NCBI RefSeq assembly: GCF_031769215.1 | Contig: NW_026782275.1 | Location: forward strand, 496,001 to 560,000 | Source: Ylistrum balloti | Lineage: Eukaryota | Length of the DNA stretch: 64,000 bases | Reading direction: 5' to 3' | The notes under the pieces: model-generated | The model's input: the letters and a program-made list of their open reading frames with translations, nothing else | What the model was told of the DNA's origin: nothing | Database searches by the model: none | Shown here: positions 37,171 to 49,100 of the stretch, in pieces | Numbering within the stretch: position 1 is the stretch's first letter | Layout of the letters: each line of letters opens with the position of its first letter | Translations under genes and position numbers: made by a program

Positions 37171-37878
37171 GGAATATTCCTGGACCAAATATACAAGGAT
37201 GACCTAACAGTCACCCAACAAAAAAGACCTACAAAGGAACAGTATTAAGATATCAAAAGTATGGAATGGTTAGGACCGTCTCGGGATCATTACATCTTGA
37301 TATCCCTGGTGCAAATTTAAAGTCTATTGTAAACAGCTCGGCTCAGATAAACCAAAACAATTATACAGGAAAGATGTTGATGGATGAAACATGATGGCTA
37401 GAGGTCAGATGACTTAAACAAACTTGTATATAAAGGGATCCATACAATACTAGGTGATTAAGAAAGGTGATAATGTATTTGTAAGAATCTAATCTTGACT
37501 TGTCAAAATATATCAGAGAGAGCACTTTACAAATAGATGTATACGCCAGATCTGGCATTTATCAACATGTCATAAATGAGGATTGAAGTTATGGACTTGA
37601 CAAGATGCTATTCAGAGAAACAAAAAATTAAAAAATAACGAATAAGTTGTAGTCGTCTGGCTGTTTTCAGTGCAGAAAGGACTGTCGATTAGGCTCTTGG
37701 ATAAATACATAAGACAAGTACATTTTCCATGTGTTTCGTTATAAACCAACATTAACACGAGGTAAAGGTTAATGTGACATTTTCAAATACCATGTTGATG
37801 AATAAACACAATGACAATGACAAATTAACTGAAAATTTTAATCTGTTATGAATGAGACTTTAAATTGTGTGTTGTGCA

Positions 37879-38162
37879 TTAGCAGATCTGGTGGACCGAT
37901 GTCTTGTCTACAGTAACATTTGTAGTATCTTCAACACAAAGTTTATCATCTATCACAGTTTTGGTGGTCTCATTGCACATCACATTTGACTCAGTTGATA
38001 AATTGAAGGGCGTTTTTGTCTCTTCACACAGAACATTACTCTCAGCTATCACATCAGAGTCGGCAAGCACGTTTAACTTGTCCCCAACTTGAGATTGGTC
38101 TTGTAATGGTGAACTAACCACTTCATCTTCAGAACCAGATGAACTACTGCTCGAATCAGAAT
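37879..38162 (-). CDS. ZNHIT6: ZNHIT6 last coding exon: (D)SDSSSSSSGSEDEVV...VHQIC*
   Basis: gttgcAG acceptor at 38163-64; phase 1 matches the preceding exon (G|AT = Asp); open to TAA. Low-complexity, so support comes from phase and splice sites rather than homology. Confidence 0.7.
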
Positions 38163-39544
38163 CTGCAACATTACAATTTAATAAAGAACTTGCTTTAGAA
38201 TTTAAGTACAAAGAACCTTGTCAATCATCACAATCATAATTATGGTTATTCATGAAATCTGTTTGTACTGGAAACCATTTCTGCAGTCTATAAAAATAGA
38301 TTCTGAATCCACTTTTACATGATAAGGATGCCATTGTGATTCTTTCCACCTCTTCATCTTATCAGGATTACTTCTCAGATGAAATACAATGTCACATTGG
38401 CCTGATAAATCAAGCAGGGACTGAACTGATCAGTCAGCATACTTAAACAAGTTCTGACTACACACGTGGCAAAGAGTGATATTTAAAGATGGTGATTAAT
38501 CTACAATTTATTTTTTGTCTTTATTGTTAAAGAACAATGGGTCCCACAATGTTTGATTGAAGTTCTTTGAGTCCCAAAATTCTACAAGTACAAGACTCCG
38601 GACTTGTGTGCAGATTAATCACTTAGAGAGTACAAAGTAGCATGTGAAGAAAAATCCAACCAGCTTTAATTTTATCTGTTTTAAAGATCCAAGGAGCCTA
38701 TGACCTTCTTCCTTTAAAGACCTTTAAAAACAAGGTCACTTTGTTAACAATATTCTCAACCGGGCCACCTAATCTAACTGATTCAAATTAACAGTCACAA
38801 AGTCAAATGTGTTGAAATACAAACAACTTCTTAAAGAGTATAGAGGCACAGAAGCACGCTAAGATGTCCGGCTAAAGTGTTTGATTAAAATGATGACATT
38901 AAGTTGACATTTTATCAAGTTTAAACATGGAAAGATCTAAACAATCTTCTTTGACAATAAAAAGGTCAACTGTTCTGAGTCAGTGATATTTTCCTCAGGC
39001 ACCATGAGAACAAATTCATTTGGGGTTTGACATCATTGAAACAGCTAAGATCATATGAAGGGGATACCCATGGATGATGGGTATTAGTAATCTCATATAA
39101 AATTATAGCAGGTGATATTCTGATTCAAAAGCAATTCAACACTTGCACAAAAATCACACTGTTGATCATTACTAATCCCCTGGATCTGACAGTTTTGTAT
39201 TTTTTAAGATTAATTAGTCCAAGGAGAGTAGATATTAAGCAGAGGTCAAGTTATTCTATTGAAATGATTTTTTTTACATCCAGTAACATGGCCCTGACTA
39301 AACTAGTGAATCCCCCCTGCTCCTCCCGCCGAGTGATTGTGACCTTCTTTTGCTACATGACTCTTCTAACCAAGGCGACCCCATAACTCAAGTATGACAT
39401 AGATCTATTTACCAAGATATTTTGATTTTTGGTCGAGTCAAATGTTTTATGTGCATCTTTATACTCTCTATACAGTGTTTAACAATTTTCATTAAACTAA
39501 GGTTTATATTCACGATGCTGTAATTTGACACTCCCTTTACTCTA

Positions 39545-39800
39545 CCACCACTTACCTTGGACATTGTCTAGAACACCGAGACCTTGACACTGGTTCTACA
39601 CCACGACTTAACAGAGACTGTGTTTAGGACTTGAGACCTTGACACAGGTTCTCCACCATCACTTACCTGAGACAGTGCTTAGGACACAGAGACCTTGACA
39701 CTGGTTCTCCACCACTACTTACCTGAGACAGTGTTTAGGACACTGAGACCTTGACATTGGTTCTCCACCACTACTTACCCGAGACAGTGTTTAGGACACT
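39545..39800 (-). repeat. 56-bp tandem repeat (~5 copies) built from the ZNHIT6 exon end and its 5' splice site
   Basis: GTAAGT donors on the minus strand at 39778, 39722, 39666 and 39555; the copy at 39611 is mutated. Confidence 0.92.
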
Positions 39801-39909
39801 ATAGCTGTCACAGTGATCCTTCAGAACCACATGAATGATTGGGTATTCCACTATACACTTCCCCACCAGATTTTTCTGTAATGTCTTCTCCAGGCAAAGC
39901 TCATAGAAC
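39779..39909 (-). CDS. ZNHIT6: ZNHIT6 exon: (M)FYELCLEKTLQKNLVGKCIVEYPIIHVVLKDHCDSYSVLNTVS
   Basis: tttgcAG acceptor, G|GTAAGT donor; 131 nt, phase 2 to phase 1. Matches BCD1-family YYELD...L..K.IIEYPTLHVVL. Confidence 0.92.
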
Positions 39910-40315
39910 CTGCAAACCAGGCAATAAATGACAAAAGTAACAAGTGAAAATCTCTGTTGTATGATCTTTTATGAATTTTCTTGAAGCATCCTTTTGAAAA
40001 TTTTAACAAAGGAAATCTACTTTCTTTCATGTTTGTTCTTGGCCTAAAAATTGACAATGTTGAGATACACCATTTAATAATTCAACACCTCAGTAAAAGA
40101 TGGAAGTGTTCCCACTTTGCCTTATGAACATCGCTCTTGTATATTTGTAAGTATCAGTAAGGAACACCACACCTTCTACATTGTTTCCTCACTAGACCTT
40201 TCTATATTTAACACTTATTGTATCTACTCATTCATTATCATGCCTGTCTCTGATTCAAGCACTGACATTATACTAAAGACAAGTTGTGAGGCACCAGATC
40301 AGAAACTTTACATAC

Positions 40316-40477
40316 ATGACATCATTGGCTGGTCTCTCTTCCACTTTCATAAACAGTCGACAGTTATGCAGCCCCTTTTGGCAGTAAGCTTTGAGGGCAT
40401 GTTGTTTGATGGGGTCAGATTCTGTGGGGTGGACAAAATCCTTCAGCAGTTCCTCCATAGACAGGTGCTCTGATAAC
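40316..40477 (-). CDS. ZNHIT6: ZNHIT6 exon: (R)LSEHLSMEELLKDFVHPTESDPIKQHALKAY...LFMKVEERPANDV
   Basis: ttccAG acceptor, AT|GTATGT donor; 162 nt, phase 2 to phase 2. Contains the DP..L..Y and LFMKVE motifs of BCD1. Confidence 0.9.
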
Positions 40478-40810
40478 CTGGAACAGTTACAAAAGTCAGA
40501 GTATGTGGCTTCTCCACAGCGTGTACCGTTCAATCACATGGATACACACCGTACAATTCTATAGTAATAATTTTTAATGACTCTTTATATTTTCTCAAAA
40601 TGTTTAAATATGTTATAAAAAATTCCATGTAGATGACCATGAAAAATACAGCTGATCTATCACTACCACCACAACATATAGAAAAACTGTCAAAACCATT
40701 AAAAGTTTGAAAATCTTCAGCCTGTTTAAGCTTACATTAACAGTAGTTTCTGAACTGAAAATGGAAATCTGCATTATCATTTGATCTAGACGAACCAACA
40801 GGAGTTTTAC

Positions 40811-40879
40811 CTTTTTGATGTATATTTGGCTTCAGATTGTGGAAACAACCACTGAACATTCCATAATATGGTCTTTAAC
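40811..40879 (-). CDS. ZNHIT6: ZNHIT6 exon: (K)LKTILWNVQWLFPQSEAKYTSK(R)
   Basis: ttttacAG acceptor, AG|GTaaaa donor; 69 nt. Contains the W.V.W.FP motif. Confidence 0.9.
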
Positions 40880-41486
40880 CTGTAAAACAAAAACAAAATA
40901 GTTTGACCTACTTAAATCTTCACCATCACACATAAAGGTGTGAGAGAGTTTGTCGCATAGTCATCAAACAAAAGAAATTGTAGCAATTATGCCCTGGTTG
41001 TTAAACCTATTTTACGATTCTAGTAAAATTTGACAATGAAAATATTCTAGGATCAAGTGTATTTCCTTTGAATTTGTATACCAAGTATCAAATCAGTAGG
41101 TGAACTTTGAACCGTCCATGTTTACAAGAAATACTTACCTTTATAAAAAAATATTTTGATAATTATAGTACAATAAATTAATTGCCTTTTAAAATAAAGG
41201 ACATTATGGACATGCAATGAAATCTTAACACAAATGTATCAGTGATATTGAATTTTAACCGTAGCATGCATTTACTTGAATGTATATGTTTACAAGTTCA
41301 AATTTTTAGTTGTACATCATGATGCCTTTATTCTGTCTTTAGGAGTGTGTTTTCAAAGAGCATATTATTTATTTTCGGCCATAATACTGTTCTTCAATTT
41401 AAATTAAGTAATTAACCTGTTTAGTAAATATCTGATGTGACTGAGAATCCCAGGCTGACACAATTTTGTATCAATATGAAACTTAC

Positions 41487-41590
41487 TTGTGGTGGTACAT
41501 AGTCAGGTTGTGCTTTCGCCTTGCCATTGGATAAGGCATAATCTTCAACTTTATCCCTCTTTTCCTGGCTTCTTTAACTAACGTGACTAG
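41487..41590 (-). CDS. ZNHIT6: ZNHIT6 exon: LVTLVKEARKRGIKLKIMPYPMARRKHNLTMYHH(K)
   Basis: tatttAG acceptor, AA|GTAAGT donor; 104 nt, phase 0 to phase 2. Contains the A..RGI.L..MP....RRK.N motif. Confidence 0.92.
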
Positions 41591-42004
41591 CTAAATAACA
41601 GAAAAGGAGAGAGAGCAAAATTATTTGAGAAGAGACCGTGTCTTTCTCCTTTGTTTTAATCTCTTTTTTTATATACCTTTTCATTGGAAGTCACTTTGAA
41701 CAAACCTGTTATTGATCAATACAATACATGTACATGACGATTAAGGATTGTTTGTGGCAATTTTACAATGCACCAGTAATCAAACCTGGGAATTCTAGAT
41801 CTCATTTCATATGACACTAGAGGTATATTGTACAAAAAGAAAATACTTCAAAGATTTCTTACTTCAGAAATAATAAGGTATAGGAGCAAGGAGCAGCCTT
41901 ATAAGATAAACACAGAATATTTCATCAATTGTGAAAAGATGTTCTATTACTGTTTTCCCTGGATCTGATCAATTCTACGACATAATCAATCTACATTAAC
42001 TTAC

Positions 42005-42090
42005 AAAGTTGGGTTTGTTACTTCTCTGTTTAAGCGGGTCTCTTTGTGTACTATCTACTTTTCTGTTGGTTTCTTCTAAGAATCTGTAAT
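42005..42090 (-). CDS. ZNHIT6: ZNHIT6 exon: (D)YRFLEETNRKVDSTQRDPLKQRSNKPNF
   Basis: ttttttcAG acceptor, GTAAGT donor; 86 nt, phase 1 to phase 0. Contains the DYRFLEE motif. Confidence 0.93.
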
Positions 42091-42247
42091 CTGAAAAAAA
42101 CAATCACAATGAAACCGAAATATGATACAGGGTAAGAGTTATCTTTCTTTAACAATCCTTGTGTAAGTTCCAGTGCAAATTAAACTTTATAAAATTACAA
42201 GTACTTGCATATGAGATACATTTTTCCATTTCCTTTTTTCAACAAAC

Positions 42248-42423
42248 CATTTAGAAGATTTCTGTCTGAATATTCTTTTATTGCGACAAACTCTGTCTTC
42301 TTGCGTTGTCCATTACAGCCCTTGTCTGCTTTGTGGCGTTTGACACATGGAAGTGAGCAGGTCTGGGCCATACATCCAGGACACTTGTACTTTGCTATAT
42401 TCGCTGAACAAATTTCACACTTC
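42248..42423 (-). CDS. ZNHIT6: ZNHIT6 zf-HIT exon: (R)KCEICSANIAKYKCPGCMAQTCSLPCVKRHKADKGCNGQRKKTEFVAIKEYSDRNLLN
   Basis: C-x2-C...KYxCPxC...TCSLxCVKxHK...CxGxR is the zf-HIT of BCD1/ZNHIT6. tattacAG acceptor, G|GTttgt donor. Confidence 0.95.
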
Positions 42424-44965
42424 CTGTAATAAACAAAAGTATTTACAATTAATAGACTTCCTGGAGAGAAGAGATTGCCACTTGCCACAACACACCTAAC
42501 AAACATAACTCTAGCTGATGTTCTGAGATCTCGGAAAGCTGTATTTACAGGCTGTGGTCGTCTTGTAAATTTAAGTGAGTCCTGGACTGAAATATCAGTG
42601 TTCCAAAAATCAACGACAATGACACGTTATGGTAAGCTTTTCCAAATGTCTATCACATGAAAACTAAAGAAATTCTTTGGTATCAGACCATTACCAAGAC
42701 AAAAAATGAGATCATGGATAAATTGTCAGAGCCCTTTGGACCGAATATCTAATTGTGGCCATTTCATGAAGCTGAAGCATATGAACAATTGACCAAATGA
42801 GCGTCACTTCTCACTGGTTGATAAAATGACTCTGGTCAGTGCTAAGTCAACACTAATTGCAGTCTACAAGTGAATGAGGCCCAGGAACATTATGTACAAG
42901 GATTAGATGACTGCAGAGCATGGGAGCTTTGATGACTTCAGCGAACAAACACAAAAGCTAACAACAAATAAGGCTCTAATTTGTCTAGTTTCCAGTCCCT
43001 GCATTATACATCCTTGTCCTAACCCTGAAGACAAGAAGTATGCATAAGGCAATTTTATTTTGATGATTTCTAACTAGTAATGTCATTCCTGTTCTAATCA
43101 TTGCTGTTCTTTGTAAATTCTGTGCACTTCTGATCCAATATAGATAGGCAGACTCAAGCATCTCTACGGCTTCTTTCATAAAACCAAGCTGAAACTTTCC
43201 AGGTGGCATAGAATTCTAAAGCTTAAAATGCAGTTTCAGAATTTCTTGTCAAACATGATATAATGTTATGGTATATGTATATTGAGGAAAAGTATGTGTG
43301 AGCATTGACCCTGCATCATGCAAAAAATGATATTGTTGTGGACTTATAGAGACAAATGCCAGAAATGATTGTCTGGCATCTGGTTCCCTGTCAAATTGGT
43401 TCTATCAGACAGAGACAACAGCAAGCTCCCCAGTGCTAGAGGCCTGCTATTTATCCAGGTGGTGACCTGCTGTTGATACTTCAGAACATGTGAACCCACA
43501 ACAGCATTCAGCAAGTCATCTCAAGCTGCACTTGCTGAATACTCTGCACTCCAATCTCACTCCCAATCTATGCCCTGTTTTTCTCTTCCAGATTTAGCCA
43601 TTATATCTGTTTCAACCATTTATGCGAAAGCAACCTCTGATTTAGTGATAACACTAAAAAACAAAAGTGCTATCACTGAAATCCATATGACCCATCATTT
43701 CAGATGTATCTGATAATTTTTGGAGGAAGCATGGAATAAATCTTACAGTATGAATGCATTTCAACAGACTCACCTGACAAGTGCTAGATCATAAAACATA
43801 GATTTTTTGCTCTGTTAATCTGAATACTCGTCAATTACTTAAAATAGTGTTGTGTAATCTTAGGAGAGACATGTAATAAACATTTATAGCCATATCAAAT
43901 CACATATAATTGCTGTAATGTTTTTATCAGTAGGTTAAACGCCACTGATGTAATGGTAGATAATGATGGAAGTCAAAATCTATGATCGAACACCCCATTA
44001 AAATATCAAATATTCACTGTGTGATGTTGTTCTATTTAGTGATATTCAAACCTCTCCTACACAAAAATCTCTAGAGACCAGTTTCCTGGTTAATATTTTG
44101 CCATTTTTGGTGAAAATACAAGAGATAAATAAATTTTTATTACATTGATCAACCCCTGAAATCACCGATCAGCATATCAGTTTCTATGGAGGATGATAAT
44201 GACAAATGTTTTTGGTTTGTACCTCTGATGCAATATTGTTCCTTTAAGTGAGATCTTTTTCTATGAATATTTCAGAAAAATACAAAAACTGAAGTATGGA
44301 AACTTTTCACAAACTCATGTTTAATTTGACTTGTCATACGCAGTAGGTTTGACTGCACAATTGTCTGTTTGAATTCAAATGAATATGGACATAGTTTTAG
44401 AGCTTTTCTTATGGGTAGGAAAGTGCCTTCATCCCATCCCATAATTATCATGCATCATGAGTGGGCAAATTTGTAGTTTTGTGTAATATAATATTTTAAG
44501 AAACTAAAATGGGGAAAACCACAAAATTACAAACTATCCTATTTTACGCCAGTCAAGATATGTATTCGTCACTGAAATTGACCAAAACCATTTAAAACTT
44601 AGCTTTTTCATTTTTTGACCAAACTCATTTATTTTGTTAGGAAACATCATACAACTGCGAAAAATGAAATTTATTTGCATAAGGAAAAGTACCGAAAATA
44701 GATGCAATGCTTCCGGCCTATATATTACGACAGTACAGTTGATTTGTAGTAGTCAGCACTTTCAGCAAAACAATATTCATGTGACACGTAACGTTAAAAG
44801 CGATTTTGGCTTTTTAGCAACAAATCCTTACTCTAAAACTAGCGTATAATATACTAGTTTACGTATAATACAAATTAAGTGTTTCCCTAGATCTGTGAGT
44901 GTTAGAGCACTTCTATCTTCGAGCACTGGTCATGTTTGTAAATCTGCATGTACCTACATAACTAC

Positions 44966-45021
44966 CGATGCGTAAATAATTCTTCACTAATTTGCGAAAG
45001 ACACTGCTGATCTGTTCTCAT
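44966..45021 (-). CDS. ZNHIT6: Candidate ZNHIT6 first coding exon: MRTDQQCLSQISEELFTH(R)
   Basis: ATG plus 56 nt ending CG|GTagtt gives the required phase 2, and it lies next to the CpG-rich promoter. There is no homology support and the donor is weak. Confidence 0.35.
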
Positions 45022-45249
45022 GTTACGTCTGAATTCTTTCCCCCTATGATCCCATCCAAATACATGTTTACAACAGAGACATTCACACGTAGGTAACATT
45101 TCCTATGTCGTGAAACATCAAATCACTTATCAAGGTGAAGCTAAAATGGATATTCAGAATCTACACATAAGTCCAATGTTCTATTAATGAGAATTTGAAT
45201 GAACTATTTCATAATGACTATTGGCAGAATATCAGACTCTGGGATCTAC

Positions 45250-45520
45250 TTGCTTCATTTTGTTTCGTCTGTTCGTGGCTTCTCGCAGGTTTGTTTTCCT
45301 CTCGCCATGTGCTTCTCGTTTTTGATGACGTAAAGGACATATATCAATGACGTAGGGGCACCTGTCTCTCCCGGATTTCTCTGCGTTTTACGTAATGGCT
45401 GTGTTTAACGATGTCGAAGGTTAAGGTAAACGCCCAAGAGACTACGATATTGCTACAGCAGAAGACATTTGCGCGCGAGCGATGGGATGCTGTCAGCTGT
45501 CAACTGACGATATTGACTGA
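45250..45520. promoter_or_regulatory. Putative divergent promoter between ZNHIT6 and the GABA-B R1-like gene
   Basis: Strongest local CpG enrichment in the window; two TGACGT (CRE-like) sites at ~45326 and ~45348; flanked by the 5' ends of oppositely oriented genes. Confidence 0.5.
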
Positions 45521-45911
45521 GATCCCAGGGCCAGCTTAGCCAGTATTGGCTCCACTGAGTAGAGCAATAGAGATTTCTACCAAATTGTATTTCATCAATA
45601 CACTGTGGCTTTTTATTCATGTACATTGTGTGTTCCGTTTTATTGCCGACTGAGGGTACACCATTTCATTCTTAGATTATTGACCTGTGCATGCTGCTAG
45701 GCGAACATTAGCTTCTGTCATAGACAACTCGTTTAGATACCTACCGGGCCAAACAAAAACTAGGAATGGACTCAGAAAAAAAGCTTCATCTGTTTAATGG
45801 ACAGTCATGATCACGTGTCGCTAAAACCTCAAGCTTGATGTAAAGAGGTCCTACAGTTATATAGTCTATTGCACTTGACATTACAAAGGAGTGGAAGTTG
45901 AGAGACAAACT

Positions 45912-46145
45912 ATGAAAACTAGTCAAGTGACAGTTTTGTTTATTATGATAATAGGCCAGCTGACATTTTGTCAGAAAGTATTGAAACCAAAGAATTTGAC
46001 AATTGGTGGGATATTTCCAATGTCTGGAAGTTGGGCTGGAGGTATAGGATGTCTTCCTGCGATAGAAATGGCCCTTGAAGATGTGAACAAGCGTATGGAC
46101 ATCCTGGAGGAATACCACCTTCACATGCAGTCTGATGATAGCGAG
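45912..46145 (+). CDS. GABBR1: GABA-B receptor subunit 1-like, first coding exon: signal peptide and start of the Venus flytrap domain
   Basis: MKTSQVTVLFIMIIGQLTFCQ...[50 protein letters not shown], compared with human R1 [35 protein letters not shown]. Donor GAG|GTaaac. Could be an R1-like paralogue. Confidence 0.88.
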
Positions 46146-49100
46146 GTAAACATTGGCCTCCTTAAATGAGTGGCATACTTGTGTTGCTGAAGTTAGTGTT
46201 ATGCTTTTCTTGAATCAAATTGCTACTATGTGTTGTGATGATGGCTGAAATTGACAGTAACTAAGCCCAAATAATGAAAAGGTTCATATATTTGCATTTA
46301 ACAGTTATAATGAAATTATCAGGTAATATGTTTTTAGTTCTAACTACGATGATTGTTTTAAAAACTTGTAATAGACTTCCTGCATGTGTAAAAGTTGTAG
46401 AGATATATCAAATAATACTGAAATTAAAACAGTGGGGAAAAGGAAAGAACTGATCTTGTGATAAATTCATTTAATAAGTGAGTCTAGAATGAAAAATCTT
46501 AATTAAAAAATGTAATAAATCTGCAAAAGTTTAATTATTATGAACTATCACAGCAAACATGAAGAACCAACAGTTTTGAAGTTTAATGAAGAAAAAGTGT
46601 TGGTGACATAGATGTTGCGTGCAAATATATAATTATAGCTGAAATATCTATTTATATTTAAAGGCACTTCAAATGTAACACTTTGTTGGTGTTGAAAGAC
46701 CTATATATATACTATAACATGATAGAAATACCAAAATTTTAAGACAGGATTGTGAATTTCTACTATCCATTTTCCATACAGGCTTGTGGATTATGACACA
46801 AGCAATGGAAAGTTTTCAATTTCTATGACAGGTAGAGATTAGTGAACCCTGAATGTTAGTTAACACCATTTCAAGAACCAAATATGCATTACCATCATTC
46901 ACATTTATATAACCAATTTTGGTATTTGATTTTTTTTTATAAGATCTGCTGTTGGCTTTTATTGAAAACAGTGAGCAAGTCAGTATGAACTGTTAGGTTT
47001 ATCAATAATTAAAACTTCAAAATGTCAGCAGATAGAAAATGTGATTACAAAGATGGTTTAACCAATTCATCTTTCATATTTTTTTCTGACAATATTATAT
47101 CCAGCACCTGTATCTTTTTAAATCAAGTTTTGATGACTGTTAAACATTGCTCATGAAGGATCTTGGATTTACAGCTTATCAAAAAAAAAAATTAAATACT
47201 TGATCTGTTTCCATTATACTTGTGATGTAGGCTAATAGGAAAGCTTTTCAATCAACTTCTACCCAAATAAAGTTAACTATGTAGATAGTCATTTAGGAAT
47301 CTTAAAGTCTTTAGTCTATGTATTAAAGAATGCTTGTAATGTTAAATTAAAACAACAAAAAAATATGTGTGGTCCAGGTGGCTGTTTTCATTATCTTTTC
47401 ATATTTTGTGGTTGGACTGTGAGAAGAACATACCTCCAGTATATTATCTGTTATACTGGTTTCGTTAAACTGGAATCACCCCATCTTGAAGTCTGCAAAT
47501 ATTGTCTGGACAACCTCTCCTAGAGTTGTGAAGCAGTTTTGATGAGACTTTTACAGGAATATTCAGGGCCATGATTAGGTAGATATGCATGAGATTTTTT
47601 TTTTTTTCACTAAAGTTTTTGGTTGCCACGGCAACTTGCTCGGCCATCAGAAACTAGATTTCTTTTGAGGAGCCATTGCCTCGGCCCAACGATCAATTTT
47701 ATTCAATCTTGGTCAAATGATGCAACTAAACAAAGTCTATGATTTGACATGTTAGGTGTTTCCAAATCATTTTTTATGAACAACTGAATGAAGGGTTCTG
47801 TTTGCTCTAAACTGGGATGTTTCTCATTTATAATCAGTACATAAGGGTTTTGATGGATGACAAATGGTATCTGTATTAAAAAATGATTGGTTGCCATTTA
47901 TTTGTCATTTTAAGCAAATGATATGTAAACTGTTTACACCTGCAGGATCTTCCAGGTGATAGTCTTAGTTTTTTCTAAGTGGTTTTATTGATATACATGT
48001 CAATATTATAGCTAGGTGGCAGTACAGATCTTCACAGTATTGCAGATGTTGATATAAATCCCAGCTTATTGGAAGCATAATTATGTCTCAATTGTGTGGA
48101 TTTTGAAGATATAGATTGAAATAAACCAAGCAAGAAGAAAGTGTCTGGTAGAAGTGATTTACAAATGTGTCCGACTGATTGACCTTAATTCAACCATGTC
48201 TGCTTGATTGGTAGATTAGGCACTTAGTTGGATGGTTTAATGGCTGTTGTGCCAACACCACAAAGTTGAATCTGTGGTCAAAATAACATTACCAGTACCA
48301 GTCACACACATCACACAGGCAAAATTGGAAAACTCTTCCACCAGTATGACCGGTTGAAATGAACTTACTGACCAGGACAGTTAGTTGAGACAAAATCCTA
48401 AATCGTAATTCTGTGTGGATGCTGAAAAAGAGGAAATGATGCATTTTGGTAATAGGATCAGTCGGATGCCACATTAACCTTGGTCTTCCCAAACTGACAC
48501 ACTGGTCACTTTATTGATTCATCGATTGTAGGTACAGATGCTGGCTTGGTCAATGAAGTAATGGATGAGGTTAAAACAGTGTGGCCTTGCAATGTACAAT
48601 CAAGCTTAGCTAGTTAATGAGACCTCCTTCTGTGTATCAGATTTAAGGTTGAAAATTCCTATTGCACTGCCTACTTACAAGAAGTTTGTGTTGTTGTTTT
48701 ATTCCTTTACCTATGTACACAGAATTTTTATTTGTTTCCTATTCATGAACTCAGACTTGAGATGCCAAACTTAAGTTTAGAATGTCAGATACAGATCTCA
48801 AGGTCAGCCATGGTTACAAAAGAGCCAAAGACATATCACATTTTTATGGTAGTGTTTGTGCAAATTACATTTTCCAAAGAGCTGCTCTTTACTTTTTCAG
48901 CAAGTCATTCCTAGATCTTGTCCCTTTAGGTCAAGGTCACAGCAATCATATATAGAATAAACAGGATTTTTCAGCTGTATGCTAAGCAAGGATACAGTGT
49001 GACAAAATGATATCAAGATCATAATGAGAACATGTTGAATTTGTGATTCAGGATTTTGCATTTATAAGTCTGGTACACAGACCCATTCCCAATTGAAAAC

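Noticed and set aside
42985-43209. ORF as the first ZNHIT6 coding exon
   Set aside because: No homology and no suitable phase-2 donor; it ends in a stop before the zf-HIT exon.
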